DNA from: Oligoflexia bacterium | GTDB taxonomy: Bacteria; Bdellovibrionota; UBA1018 | Direction of reading: 5' to 3' | NCBI GenBank assembly: GCA_963758495.1 | Contig: CAVWVI010000001.1 | Span: 514,264 to 578,263 of the forward strand | DNA length: 64,000 nt | Shown: piece after piece, positions 19,188 through 29,850 of the stretch | Layout of the letters: each line of letters begins with the position of its first letter | Numbering within the stretch: the first letter of the stretch is position 1 | Notes under the pieces: model-generated | Told to the model about the DNA's origin: nothing | Databases searched by the model: none | Seen by the model: only the letters and a program-made list of their open reading frames with translations | Made by a program: the position numbers and the translations under genes

Positions 19188-20639
19188 CTAATCAGGAACA
19201 AGGCTAAGATCAAGAGTTTTAAAAAGCTGGGTCAGCTTACTTCTAGCTTGGTCACCCACCTCAAGGATCAACGGTAAGAACTGATGCAAGGGCAGAACGG
19301 CAAATGTCCTAGTTGCATAGATTATTACTTTAGGATTTTTATCTTCAGTTCGCTTTTGTCGCATAGTTTTTAATGAATACTGTTCTAACGATTCACATTT
19401 TTCAGAATTCAAAAATAAATTTAACAAGTTAAACCCTATAATACACATCACAATATTCATCGCTGTGCGAACCAGTTTTGTAGACAAAAGTCTTTCTAAA
19501 CCCTGATTTTGCTTTAGCTGCCTATGTCCTTGTTCTACCTCGCCCCTTTAATCGTAATTGGTGAGAATTTGCTTTCCCGTCAGCCCTTCCTTCGTGGTCA
19601 CAAATAAAACATTGTCCAAAGTTCCATCTTTTTTTGTCCACCTCACTAAAACACCTGAACTGAGAACAGGACACTCCTCCCAAAATAGATCTCCTTCTTT
19701 TGCTGTGAATTCTGCAATTAATTGATTTTCTCGGATAGGATGGGGCTGCCAGAGTTGGCGGTTATCTGCTGTTGCTACTGCCGTCAACGTTACATCCATA
19801 TTTCTCCGCAGAGGGATAAAAATATCTACTCCTCGTTCACGCTTCAAATGGGTTATCCATTGACCATCAATGAACCCTCGGTCCGCTATAATGCTAGATC
19901 TTGGCTCAAACTGAAATTTCGCTAGCAATTCTTTGGCAGCTTGAAGATCATGTACTTGAATAGGTACTATTGCCAGAGTTACAAAAATACATTTCTGATC
20001 AATGATCTCTTGCATCCAAACTGCTTTGTACCCGTAACTTCTGGTACCATCACTATTCACTACGACCCCCGCTCCCTGATAGTCCTTGAATCGGTGTGCC
20101 GGTATTTCAATCTTACAGCCATCCAAAATATACTGCCGAGTTCGTCCGGGCGAATGGGCTCTCCACAAGCTCAGCCATTGAGTATTGAACCAATCAATAA
20201 TCTGTTCAGGCCTCATATGTAATAAGACGTGTTTGAGTGTCTCACCATCAAAAGGGGCTTCCCTTGGATACTTATTTCGTTGGTTAAATCCGTCTTCTAA
20301 AATCCTTGCATTATATCCCAGCTTTGAAATCAGATCTGCGCTGTTCAGCATATAGGGAGCTAATAGCAAAGAGTGTTCATCATTGAGACGTTGAAGTATC
20401 TGAGGTAGCAACAAAGCGTCGATCGGCACTTCACAATATTTTCTGGGATCTGGAAATGAACGTAACCCTGATTGAAGAATACCTGTATCAAGTCCATGCC
20501 CAACGATCCGATCCACTGGTAGGTTCTGAGAGATTCGAATTTCCTCGATTTCTCCCTTCTTCAGAGCATCCAGGGTATCTTTCTGCTGATACTGTATTAG
20601 AATCGGGTCAGTCGCTTCATCGTCCTTCGTTGCTGTCAT
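19188..20639 (-). pseudogene. IS4-family DDE transposase interrupted by an in-frame TAA at 19548-19550
   Basis: ILDG, IADRGF, then YD*RGEVEQGHRQLK = Y(2)R(3)E(6)K signature; the reading frame continues in frame to 19188. Confidence 0.9.
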
Positions 20640-20704
20640 GGCTGGCGATCATGATAATAAACGCCGTAAATTACAACCCAGAAAGCTCGTGACTAATACC
20701 GCTA

Positions 20705-20764
20705 ATAGTAGTAAAACAAAATAGTCAGAATATCTTATCTTGCAATTATTTATACGCGAACTAG
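20705..20764 (-). repeat. Inner inverted repeat, right
   Basis: Pairs with 19057-19116. Confidence 0.9.
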
Positions 20765-20788
20765 AAAAGCTATACAGGACATCCAAAC

Positions 20789-21016
20789 AGACACCCCCTT
20801 TGCCGCGGTTTCCGATCCCGTTTTATTTCACGATAGTGCTGTCGTAAGCGCGAACCCGCCTCGGAGCCCCACCCTCACGTCTTTTGAAATACCTCTTTGA
20901 ATTGCTTGAGTTCTTTAGCGTAATCCTACGTCGAGATCTTGCTGTGGCCCCGTCGCGAACTGATCAAACCAGACACAGTGCCGGGGTTGTTAACGCAACA
21001 CCTCTCCGAGGTTCAG
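20789..21016 (-). repeat. Right long terminal inverted repeat
   Basis: Pairs with 18678-18906. Confidence 0.95.
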
Positions 21017-21069
21017 TCGAGAATCATTTAATACTCATCTCCTACCCAAAAAAGCCGATAAACCTCTAG

Positions 21070-21879
21070 ATGCACCTTGTAGAACACGAACCGAAAGCTC
21101 GCGTTGAACCTCTCACTCAAAAATCAAACCATAAGGGCTTAGCAGGCTTTTTTGAAAATATATTTCGGCGTTTCCATGTATTACTGACTGTAATCCTGCT
21201 CATTCCAATTTATATCATTGGAACCCTTTGTTTGGGCCTAGCACTTACTCCTGGTGTCACTCTTTTTCATTGGGGCATGCCCCATTTACAGGCTCATGGA
21301 CTTCCTTACCAGATTCTAGGGATCAGCCTCATGCTTGCAATCTCTTATATTTTCTTTGGCTTCTCTCTTATTATTATCATACCAATATGTAACTTTATTT
21401 TAAGAACCTATCCCAAGCCTTGGAGAGGACTTTATTATTCTTTACCTACAATTCGATGGGGCGTTCATAATGCCCTGACTTATATTCCTCGTTATATTTT
21501 TCTTGAATATATGACTCCAACTCCATTTAATATTCTCTTCTATAAGTTAATGGGTATGAAGATTGGAAAGGGCGCTCAAGTCAATACCACCAACATATCA
21601 GATCCCTGCTTAATTGAGATCGGTGAACGAGCCACCATCGGTGGCAGTGCCACGATCATCGCCCACTACGCCCAAGGAGGCTATCTCATTATTGCTCCTG
21701 TTAAAATTGGCAATGGCGCAACTATTGGCCTCCGCGCCACCATCATGGGTGGGGTCACAATTGGTGATAAAGCAAAAATTCTACCCAACTCACTCGTTCT
21801 TCCTAAAACTCATGTCCCTGCAGGGGAAACCTGGGGCGGAGTTCCAGCACATAAAATACAGAGTCTTTATAAACGATAG
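21070..21879 (+). CDS. Membrane-anchored hexapeptide-repeat (left-handed beta-helix) acyltransferase
   Basis: TM segments then GMKIGKGA, IEIGERATIG, VKIGNGATIG, WGGVPA. Confidence 0.85.
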   Translation: MHLVEHEPKARVEPLTQKSNHKGLAGFFENIFRRFHVLLTVILLIPIYIIGTLCLGLALTPGVTLFHWGMPHLQAHGLPYQILGISLMLAISYIFFGFSLIIIIPICNFILRTYPKPWRGLYYSLPTIRWGVHNALTYIPRYIFLEYMTPTPFNILFYKLMGMKIGKGAQVNTTNISDPCLIEIGERATIGGSATIIAHYAQGGYLIIAPVKIGNGATIGLRATIMGGVTIGDKAKILPNSLVLPKTHVPAGETWGGVPAHKIQSLYKR

Positions 21880-21977
21880 TGCTCCTACTTTAAATGCCTC
21901 ATATCCCATAAAAAGCGCATGATTTAACTTCTCTTTCGAGATAGGATAAAGAGACATAATCAGGAGAAATAGCTCAT

Positions 21978-23987
21978 ATGAGTGAAGATCAAAAGTTTAA
22001 GAATGCGATTTTAATAGGAATTCCTAAAACGCTCCCTCCCCTTTCTCCTTACGATCCGTCAGTGAGCCACGCTCCTAAAAGAAAAGATATCCTGACTTCT
22101 AAAGAAAAAAAGCTCGCTATTCAAAATGCCCTTCGTTATTTCCCTGCAGACCAACACGGTGTTCTTGCTCCAGAATTCGCAAAGGAATTTTCCAGTTATG
22201 GCCGGATTTATATGCATCGTTTTCGGCCCGACTACCCCATTCATGCGCGACCGATCGATAGCTATCCTCATCGATCACGGCAAGCTGCCGCGATCATGTT
22301 GATGCTTCAAAACAACTTAGATCCAAAAGTGGCTCAACATCCTCACGAGCTGATCACCTATGGAGGCAATGGATCGGTTTTTCAGAATTGGGCGCAATAT
22401 CTTCTGTGTATGCAATATTTAGCCACCATGACGGATGAGCAAACTCTAGTCCTCTATTCTGGCCATCCCCTCGGGCTATTTCCCTCCCATAAGGACGCTC
22501 CGCGAGTGGTCGTTACGAATGGAATGATGATTCCAAATTACTCCAAGCAAGATGACTGGGAAAAATTTAATGCATTAGGTGTAACCCAATATGGGCAAAT
22601 GACTGCAGGGTCATTTATGTACATTGGCCCTCAGGGGATTGTGCATGGAACCACGATCACCCTACTCAATGCGGGAAGACGAATTGCCTCTGGAAACGAA
22701 GGACTAGCCGGCAAGGTCTTTGTTTCCGCTGGACTGGGTGGAATGTCAGGGGCTCAGGCAAAAGCAGCTGTTATTGCCGGAGCAATCGCAGTGGTTGCAG
22801 AGATCAATCCATTAGCGGTGTCTAAGCGTCACTCGCAAGGATGGGTCGATGAGGTTTTTTCAGATTTAGGTGCATTAATCAAAAGGCTCCAAGAAGCGCG
22901 GGCCAAAAAAATAGCTGTTTCTTTGGCTTACCAAGGAAATATTGTCGACTTATGGGAAACACTCGTCGCGAAAAATATTCCTATAGAATTAGGATCAGAT
23001 CAAACCTCTTTGCATAATCCATGGGCTGGAGGCTACTACCCTGTCGGAATATCTTTAGAAGAATCTCAACGGATGATGGCTGAAAACCCTGACCAGTTTA
23101 AACAAGAAGTTAAAAAAACACTGGTACGCCATGCCAAGGCAATTGCACAGATGACATCCAAAGGAATGTATTTCTTTGATTATGGAAATGCCTTTTTACT
23201 CGAGGCCAGTCGCGCAGGTGCTGATGTAGTGCGTCCTGATGGTTCCTTTAAGTATCCTTCGTACGTGCAAGACATTATGGGTCCAATGTGTTTTGACTAC
23301 GGTTTTGGCCCTTTTCGATGGGTTTGCGCCTCGGGCTCTGAAAAGGACTTAGAAACAACGGATGCTCTTGCTGCTGAAGTGTTAGCTGGTATTGCTCAAA
23401 CTGCACCCTCGGAAATTCAGCAACAATTGGCAGATAATATTCATTGGATTAAGTCAGCACGCGCGAATCAACTCGTTGTGGGATCTCAGGCTAGAATTCT
23501 CTATGCCGATGCGGAAGGGCGAATCAAAATTGCCCAAGCTTTTAATCAAGCGCTCCGTAACGGACAGATCTCTGCACCTATCATTTTGGGTCGCGATCAT
23601 CACGACGTTTCAGGTACCGACTCGCCCTTTCGTGAAACCTCCAATATTTATGATGGCTCTCAATTTACTGCTGATATGGCAGTTCAAAATTTTGTGGGCG
23701 ATTCATTTCGCGGCGCCACTTGGGTTTCACTTCACAATGGAGGCGGCGTGGGCTGGGGTGAGGTCACAAATGGAGGATTTGGTTTGGTCTTGGACGGATC
23801 AAATGATGCCGACAGACGCCTCAAATCCATGCTTTTTTGGGATGTGAATAATGGGATAGCACGACGGAGTTGGGCCAGAAATTCCGAAGCGGTTTTTGCA
23901 ATTCAAAGAGCTATGAATGAAGAGCCATTACTTCGTGTCACTCTCCCTCATTTAGTAGATCCTAAAATTTTAGAGAGTTTATTTTAA
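21978..23987 (+). CDS. hutU: Urocanate hydratase (long form)
   Basis: GQMTAGS, YIGPQGIVHGT, GLGGMSGAQ, SDQTSLHN, GRDHHD, HNGGGVG. Confidence 0.97.
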   Translation: MSEDQKFKNAILIGIPKTLPPLSPYDPSVSHAPKRKDILTSKEKKLAIQNALRYFPADQHGVLAPEFAKEFSSYGRIYMHRFRPDYPIHARPIDSYPHRSRQAAAIMLMLQNNLDPKVAQHPHELITYGGNGSVFQNWAQYLLCMQYLATMTDEQTLVLYSGHPLGLFPSHKDAPRVVVTNGMMIPNYSKQDDWEKFNALGVTQYGQMTAGSFMYIGPQGIVHGTTITLLNAGRRIASGNEGLAGKVFVSAGLGGMSGAQAKAAVIAGAIAVVAEINPLAVSKRHSQGWVDEVFSDLGALIKRLQEARAKKIAVSLAYQGNIVDLWETLVAKNIPIELGSDQTSLHNPWAGGYYPVGISLEESQRMMAENPDQFKQEVKKTLVRHAKAIAQMTSKGMYFFDYGNAFLLEASRAGADVVRPDGSFKYPSYVQDIMGPMCFDYGFGPFRWVCASGSEKDLETTDALAAEVLAGIAQTAPSEIQQQLADNIHWIKSARANQLVVGSQARILYADAEGRIKIAQAFNQALRNGQISAPIILGRDHHDVSGTDSPFRETSNIYDGSQFTADMAVQNFVGDSFRGATWVSLHNGGGVGWGEVTNGGFGLVLDGSNDADRRLKSMLFWDVNNGIARRSWARNSEAVFAIQRAMNEEPLLRVTLPHLVDPKILESLF

Positions 23988-24027
23988 TTCCTTAATCTAA
24001 AAAATACTGGCTTAATAGAGATTAAGT

Positions 24028-25248
24028 ATGAACTCAAAATACAAAGACATTTTAAATTTAACGGTCATCGTGTCCGCTCTTGGATATTTTGTTGATATTT
24101 TCGACCTGCTTTTGTTTGGAGTCGTTCGAATTCCAAGTTTAAAAGATTTGGGAATTCCCCAAGACCAACTCTTAACTGTGGGAGTGATGCTTCTCAACCG
24201 CCAGATGTTGGGTCTTTTACTCGGCGGAATTTTCTGGGGAGTTTTGGGAGACAAACTGGGTCGTGTGTCCGTACTTTTCGGATCGATTTTTCTCTACTCA
24301 TCCGCAAATTTGCTCAATGCATTTGTTCATTCAGTAGATGCGTATGGACTTCTCCGGTTTATTGCTGGATTTGGGCTTGCTGGTGAACTTGGACTTGCTA
24401 TAACGCTAGTCAGCGAAACGCTACCCAAGGGAAGCAGGGGGTATGGAACTACATTCGTAGCTTCCATTGGCGTTTGCGGCTCTATTGCTGCCGCAGTCAT
24501 TGCAGAGCATTTTCATTGGCGTACTGCATTTATGATTGGCGGCGGATTAGGTCTTGTTTTATTGATATTCAGGATCAAATTGCATGAATCTCATTTGTAT
24601 CAAAATGTAAAAAATCAAAAAATTTCGCGTGGGAATTTTTTGATGCTTTTTAAAACCAAGGAACGTTTTTTAAAATATTTGTATCTCATTTTGATAGGTG
24701 TCCCCATTTGGTTTACCGCTGGAATCATCATTCTATTTTCTCCCGAGTTCGCTCAGGCTTTGCAAGTTTCTGGACCCATGACAGCGGGAAATGCCATCTT
24801 TTACTTTTATATAGGCGTCGGCATCGGTGACATGGTCAGTGGCATAGTAAGCCAGAAAATCAAAAGCCGTAAAAAAGTACTCCTGGGTTTCCTGATCATC
24901 TGGGCGATTTCTTTATCCATTTATTTATTCACAACCCAAATTTCAATTACTTCCTTTTATTCTGAGTGTATTTTATTGGGTTTTACAACGGGATATTGGA
25001 TAGTTTTTCTGACAGCAGCAGCCGAACAATTTGGAACGAATCTTCGATCGACTGTGACAACGACTGTACCTAACTTTATTCGTGGGTCAGTCATACCGTT
25101 AAGCATGGCGTTTGAATGTTTTAGACAGCGGATAGGAATCATTCACAGCGGGTTCGTATTAGGCGCTATTTGTTTAATATTGGCCCTTTGGGCGTACTCT
25201 CAAATGACAGAATCGTATGAGAAAAGCCTCGATTTTCTTGAGACATGA
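24028..25248 (+). CDS. MFS transporter
   Basis: About 12 TM segments; GVLGDKLGR motif A; RFIAGFGLAGE. Confidence 0.9.
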   Translation: MNSKYKDILNLTVIVSALGYFVDIFDLLLFGVVRIPSLKDLGIPQDQLLTVGVMLLNRQMLGLLLGGIFWGVLGDKLGRVSVLFGSIFLYSSANLLNAFVHSVDAYGLLRFIAGFGLAGELGLAITLVSETLPKGSRGYGTTFVASIGVCGSIAAAVIAEHFHWRTAFMIGGGLGLVLLIFRIKLHESHLYQNVKNQKISRGNFLMLFKTKERFLKYLYLILIGVPIWFTAGIIILFSPEFAQALQVSGPMTAGNAIFYFYIGVGIGDMVSGIVSQKIKSRKKVLLGFLIIWAISLSIYLFTTQISITSFYSECILLGFTTGYWIVFLTAAAEQFGTNLRSTVTTTVPNFIRGSVIPLSMAFECFRQRIGIIHSGFVLGAICLILALWAYSQMTESYEKSLDFLET

Positions 25249-25283
25249 TCTTTTGATTGGATATCAGCCGAAAATAAGTGGAA

Positions 25284-26855
25284 TCATAAATGATAGTGCC
25301 GAATGATCTCTCCATTCTGTTCTACATTTTTCACAAAAATGAGGGAATAAGCATCCCGATACACTGGAACCCACATCGGATCCTTCGATCGCGCAATCAG
25401 AAAAGACTGACCCCAAGGGGTCAGATCACGCCAATAAAAGACAATGGCGTTAATTCCCATTTTCTCAACCTGAGTTCTCCACACAACATCATTCTCCTGC
25501 ATGGGTACATAGAGCTGGGTAAAAAACTCCTTAGGGTACGCTTCGGGCCGATTATCCACAAAAACGCGTGTGTTAGGGAACAGATAGTAGTCCAGGTAAC
25601 TCCCAATATCGTAATTATTAAAAATCGGACCTTGAATGGGAACATTTTGAAGAAATTCTCCCGCCCCGCTCACTCCGGGCATGAGTCCCACGCCAAAGTT
25701 AAACCACTTTGCCTCTCCACAACGGAGAAGAAAGAGGGTGAGCGAAACGACACCTAGCCCCCCCAAGAAAGTGAAAAACTTCGTCCTCCTTTTCCCTTCC
25801 ACATGCAGGAAACCCGTCTCAGCTCCCAGGGCAGCTATTCCGGGTAATGCGAAAAACCCAGCCATACTCATATTCCGAATTGCCGTAAATCCCATCAGTG
25901 CAAAAAATGCTGCTAATACTGACTCAGCAAACCTCGCTCCACCCAACCGCCCTCGAAAGGCCAATCTCGCTATTAAGAAAAAAAGAATAGTAAAAACGAT
26001 CAGAAAAGAGATCAATTCAGGAATCGGCACGTCTTGTCGTTTTAAAAAGAAGAAAACTGATTGATTCTCGGCAATTTTATATCCATAGTTTTTAAAAATC
26101 TGAAAGGGGAAGACCGCCAGCTTGGAACCGATGGGATTAATGAGGGATGCGGCTCCACAGCCTACAATGATCTTCAGAAGCGTTCGCACTCGCACCGAAA
26201 GAGGCAGCAAGGCTCCCAACGAAAGTTCCTCCAGGAGAAAGACCCCCAGCAGAAAAAAACCCAAGAAAAAATAAATATGCAAGTTCACCCACAAAACCAT
26301 GAGAACAGGAAGAATCCAGAGAGCCGAGCTCCCTCTCCTCCCCCATTTCCATTCCAATAGGACCCAGTAGAAAACTCCAAGCAAAAAAGTGCTAAAGCCT
26401 TCAGGCCGAATTTCAGATCGGGCCGCGCATAAAGGCAATACCAAAAGTGCGATCATACCCGTCGCAAGAAGAGCCTCTCCACTTTCCATTCGCCGCCGGA
26501 AAATCTGATAAGTCAGATGACAAAAAATCAATAACGTCAAAAGATTGAGAAGGCTGAAACAGAGTGATAACCCTTCGAAGCCTAAAAAACTTTCTATAAA
26601 ATAGAAAACAACCCCTGTACCCCAGTGATGATTCACAAAAGGAAAATCAGGATACGTATATGAATAAAAATTCTTTAAGAGTACATTCCAACTTCCGCCC
26701 GACTTTCCATCAAACAATGCAGACACCACTGCCCGCCCATTGGCAAGGTGCCGCCCTAGATCTACAGCAGTCAAATTGATCTCCTGAGTCATTAGAAAAA
26801 GGAACAGACTACAAATCCCCAGCAGCAAGGCCCATCCCAGTATTTTGGAATTCAT
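25284..26855 (-). CDS. Polytopic membrane protein, GT-C glycosyltransferase-like
   Basis: DLGRHLANG, RPEGFS, LWVNLH, VFVDNRPE; many TM segments. Confidence 0.6.
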   Translation of the reverse strand: MNSKILGWALLLGICSLFLFLMTQEINLTAVDLGRHLANGRAVVSALFDGKSGGSWNVLLKNFYSYTYPDFPFVNHHWGTGVVFYFIESFLGFEGLSLCFSLLNLLTLLIFCHLTYQIFRRRMESGEALLATGMIALLVLPLCAARSEIRPEGFSTFLLGVFYWVLLEWKWGRRGSSALWILPVLMVLWVNLHIYFFLGFFLLGVFLLEELSLGALLPLSVRVRTLLKIIVGCGAASLINPIGSKLAVFPFQIFKNYGYKIAENQSVFFFLKRQDVPIPELISFLIVFTILFFLIARLAFRGRLGGARFAESVLAAFFALMGFTAIRNMSMAGFFALPGIAALGAETGFLHVEGKRRTKFFTFLGGLGVVSLTLFLLRCGEAKWFNFGVGLMPGVSGAGEFLQNVPIQGPIFNNYDIGSYLDYYLFPNTRVFVDNRPEAYPKEFFTQLYVPMQENDVVWRTQVEKMGINAIVFYWRDLTPWGQSFLIARSKDPMWVPVYRDAYSLIFVKNVEQNGEIIRHYHL

Positions 26856-26908
26856 TTTTTTATTTTCACATGAAAACTAACATCTAGTCCAATCTATGCT
26901 TCACTTAT

Positions 26909-28267
26909 ATTGTGCGCCGCCCACAAAGGATTAAATGATATTAAATAGCAGCGCCGGCTAGCGCTCGGTGATAAAGGACTTGGTCTGAGTAAAATAGCTT
27001 CCACTCTCGGTTCAGCTTGATCTGTTTTAACGTCTTTTTAATGTCAAAAAACTCATGAAACTCCAATGGCGTCTTTGTTAAACCAAGCGACATTGCTGGA
27101 GTATCATGATTCGATTTCGGGTTTTTTTTATGACGTTTTACAAATTGGGTTCGGAAAAAATTTTTCCAAACCATGAAAAGAGTGTATTTCCCAACCATAC
27201 GTGCGTGTTTTTTAGCAAAGCAGATGGTTTCTCGACTGAAAGCTCCTATATGTTGGCGGATCAGCAAGTCTGCGTGATTTACACTAAAGAGGTAGTTTTG
27301 AAAATTTCGAGTTTGCTTAGATGAGACTCTGACTTGTTCGATTTTAAAGCCTTTTAGGTCTTGCTCAATAGCCCTACGATACTGAAAGTGCTCATCCGAA
27401 TAAATTAAAAAGGGTCGAGCTGGATCACCCCTTTTTTCATAGAGTCGAGCAAAGATTTCCGCAGTGCTGGTTCGAATTGCTTTTGGAGGATATCGGCCTT
27501 CTTCCTCTTCTTTCAGTCGTCGGACTTGCTTTTGTCGGGGAGACATCCTTCCTTTTCGATTGAGTGGAGCAAAGTTGAAGTCGTAAATAAACAAGGATTC
27601 TTTGCCAATCGCTTGCTGAATATGATTCGGGTCATACTGACTTTTAGCAAAGGCTTCAAGACCATCATAAACTATGGGTTCAGCTATTTTCAGTGTCTGG
27701 GTTCGTTCTGTTTGTTTAACTAGCGCCCACTGAACCAGTTTTCTCACTCTAAGGCGAATGAGATGCTCTGAAGTCTGCAATCTTCTTGCAATTTCTCGAT
27801 TGGATATCCCACATGTGATGTAACTGAAAATCTTGCAATTCAAACCGGGCCTCCTTTCACGGAAGTCGAGCTTGAAGTACGTATATCGAAAATTTCTCTT
27901 GCAGGAACAACATCGAAATTGCCGAACCCGGTAAGGATAACATTGAGTTTTAGCCCAACCATTGGAATAGAAAAAAGGCGCTTTCTGGTCTTCCAATTGG
28001 AGATGAAAAGGACATTTTTCATTGGGGCAATACGGAGGCTGGAAACACTTTTGTCTGAGAATAAAAGGATCTTCTTTCATGAAGCCGTTTTTTGCAGGAC
28101 TTCAGCCTTTGCTTCAGCTCAAACAGTCGTAAATTCTCATTTAAATTCAATGCCCTCGATCTTCCGCTCATTGATGGGACAATTCTAAAATCCTACACAA
28201 TGATCGAACTCTGTACCCAAGCATTCCGAGGAGGGCTGAATCCCATCCTATTTCAGCGGCGCACAAT
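26909..28267. mobile_element. IS1-like insertion sequence with imperfect ~23-bp terminal IRs
   Basis: ATTGTGCGCCGC at 26909-26920 and its reverse complement at 28256-28267 (19/23 over the extended IR) enclose a transposase; exact ends and TSD are ambiguous. Confidence 0.7.
26941..28080 (-). CDS. Transposase, IS1-like (Zn ribbon + HTH + DDE-like domain)
   Basis: CPNEKC...CCSCKR, GISNREIARRL HTH, YDGLE, YSDEHFQY, RETICF, TPAMSLGL. Confidence 0.75.
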   Translation of the reverse strand: MKEDPFILRQKCFQPPYCPNEKCPFHLQLEDQKAPFFYSNGWAKTQCYPYRVRQFRCCSCKRNFRYTYFKLDFRERRPGLNCKIFSYITCGISNREIARRLQTSEHLIRLRVRKLVQWALVKQTERTQTLKIAEPIVYDGLEAFAKSQYDPNHIQQAIGKESLFIYDFNFAPLNRKGRMSPRQKQVRRLKEEEEGRYPPKAIRTSTAEIFARLYEKRGDPARPFLIYSDEHFQYRRAIEQDLKGFKIEQVRVSSKQTRNFQNYLFSVNHADLLIRQHIGAFSRETICFAKKHARMVGKYTLFMVWKNFFRTQFVKRHKKNPKSNHDTPAMSLGLTKTPLEFHEFFDIKKTLKQIKLNREWKLFYSDQVLYHRALAGAAI

Positions 28268-29850
28268 TAATGCTTAAAATGCCTCACACCCGTAAAAACC
28301 ATTGAAATTCCGTGTTCATTGGCAGCTTGAATGCTCTCTCCGTCCTTCAAACTTCCACCCGGTTGCACAATGAATCGAATACCTGCTGCATAGGCCCGAT
28401 CTACGGTATCTCTAAAAGGGAAAAAAGCGTCGCTGACCATGACACAATCACCGAGAGATCCTTCGCTCGTACGTAATACGCTTTGTGCTCGTGGCACCGC
28501 AAGACTTTGTAATGCTTCAATCCGATTAGGCTGACCTTGGCCTGCGCCTACAAGTTGTAAGATACCACTCGAAGTATGTAACTCTCTCACGATTGCAATC
28601 GCATTTGATTTTAAAGATTTACAAACTAAGATTCCGAACCTTGCAAGCAACGCTTTCTCCTGTGGCCATGACATCTCAGTCACCGATTTCAAATTCTCTT
28701 CGGTATCCACATCTGTAGTTTGAAAAAGGAGTCCTCCCGGAATAGCGACTTGTGATTGTTTAGGTACACCACCGAACCGAAGAACGGGAACTGCTTTTAA
28801 GTTTTTTCTCTTAGCCAGTAATATTTTAAGTCCGGAACTCTCTTGAGTCAGTCCTGGAGCTCCGACCAGCTCAACAAAATGTTGACTGAGCCAAGAAGCC
28901 GCTTCGTCCTGAATCGGATCCGTAAAGACCAACACTCCACCAAATGCAGAAGTTGGATCACCCTCCCATGCCCGAGTCAGAGCAAGCTTTTGAGCATTTG
29001 AGTGCGAACGAGGCACGAGGGAAACACCACAAGGATTGCCGTGTTTTACAATCACAACACCCGTAGAATCAGGGCAGAGTTGAATCAAATCACTTGCTAA
29101 TGCATAAGCAGCAGAAAAATCGAGAATATTATTATACGAAAGTTCCGCAGAAGTCAGAACACTTCCCCACCCAATCGGACTATCCGCTTCAAATTCTAGG
29201 TAACCTTTTTGGTGAGGATTTTCGCCGTAACGGAGAGTTTTCTTACTTCTTTCTCCCAATTCGCGAGCGATACAAGAATCATATTTAACGATGAGTTCCC
29301 AAGCACTCAAAGCACAGGTGTCCAATGTTGAAGCTTGAACTTGTCCATTCTCTTCTAATTCTTGAATGACCTGTGAATACTGAGTAGGAGAAGTCAAAAC
29401 TAAAACATTTTCGCTATTTTTAGCGGCAGCTCGCACTAATGTAGGACCTCCAATATCGATTTCCTCAATCAGCTCTTTACGTGAAATCCCTGTTTTAGAA
29501 GCAGCTGCTTCGAACGGATAAAAATTCACAACAACACAGTCAATGGGCTTGATTCCTAGTTTTTCTAAATCTTTTTCATCCTTCACATCTCCGCGTCGAT
29601 ACAAAATTCCACTACAAACCGGAAACGACAGGGTCTTCATTCTCCCCTGAAATGACTCCGGACTTCCCGAGATCTGTTCAATAGGAATCACTTCAAGACC
29701 CGCATCCAAGAGAACTTGGGCCGTGCGGCCTGTTGCAACCAATTCCACACCCAATTTTTGAAAACATTGGCCTAACGCAATAATGTTATCCTTATCGGAG
29801 ACTGTGAGTAATGCTCTTCGAATCTTAAGACCACCTTTAGTTACGTGCAC
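28267..29850 (-). CDS. purH: Bifunctional AICAR transformylase/IMP cyclohydrolase
   Basis: RALLTVSDK, GRMKTL, IDIGGPT, LRYGENPHQ, SDAFFPF; GTG start at 29850 follows AGGAGG. Confidence 0.95.
   Translation of the reverse strand: MHVTKGGLKIRRALLTVSDKDNIIALGQCFQKLGVELVATGRTAQVLLDAGLEVIPIEQISGSPESFQGRMKTLSFPVCSGILYRRGDVKDEKDLEKLGIKPIDCVVVNFYPFEAAASKTGISRKELIEEIDIGGPTLVRAAAKNSENVLVLTSPTQYSQVIQELEENGQVQASTLDTCALSAWELIVKYDSCIARELGERSKKTLRYGENPHQKGYLEFEADSPIGWGSVLTSAELSYNNILDFSAAYALASDLIQLCPDSTGVVIVKHGNPCGVSLVPRSHSNAQKLALTRAWEGDPTSAFGGVLVFTDPIQDEAASWLSQHFVELVGAPGLTQESSGLKILLAKRKNLKAVPVLRFGGVPKQSQVAIPGGLLFQTTDVDTEENLKSVTEMSWPQEKALLARFGILVCKSLKSNAIAIVRELHTSSGILQLVGAGQGQPNRIEALQSLAVPRAQSVLRTSEGSLGDCVMVSDAFFPFRDTVDRAYAAGIRFIVQPGGSLKDGESIQAANEHGISMVFTGVRHFKH

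Larger units (their letters stand above)
18678..21016. mobile_element. Transposable element with ~229-bp terminal inverted repeats and 10-bp target duplication, enclosing an IS4-family transposase pseudogene
   Basis: Ends CTGAACCTCGG...CCGAGGTTCAG; TCGAGAATCA at 18668-18677 and 21017-21026. Confidence 0.9.

Noticed and set aside
18547..21069. Two short ORFs (18547-18810 minus, 20884-21069 plus) with identical N-termini MKYLFELLEFF...
   Set aside because: The identity simply reflects the inverted repeat arms; both run out into unrelated flanks and show no protein features.
18579..21105. Reading frame re-formed across the empty insertion site (SAWPIEIAQ...GKIRESFNTHLLPKK...)
   Set aside because: No convincing start, preceded by a stop, and no recognisable family; it cannot be supported as a disrupted gene.
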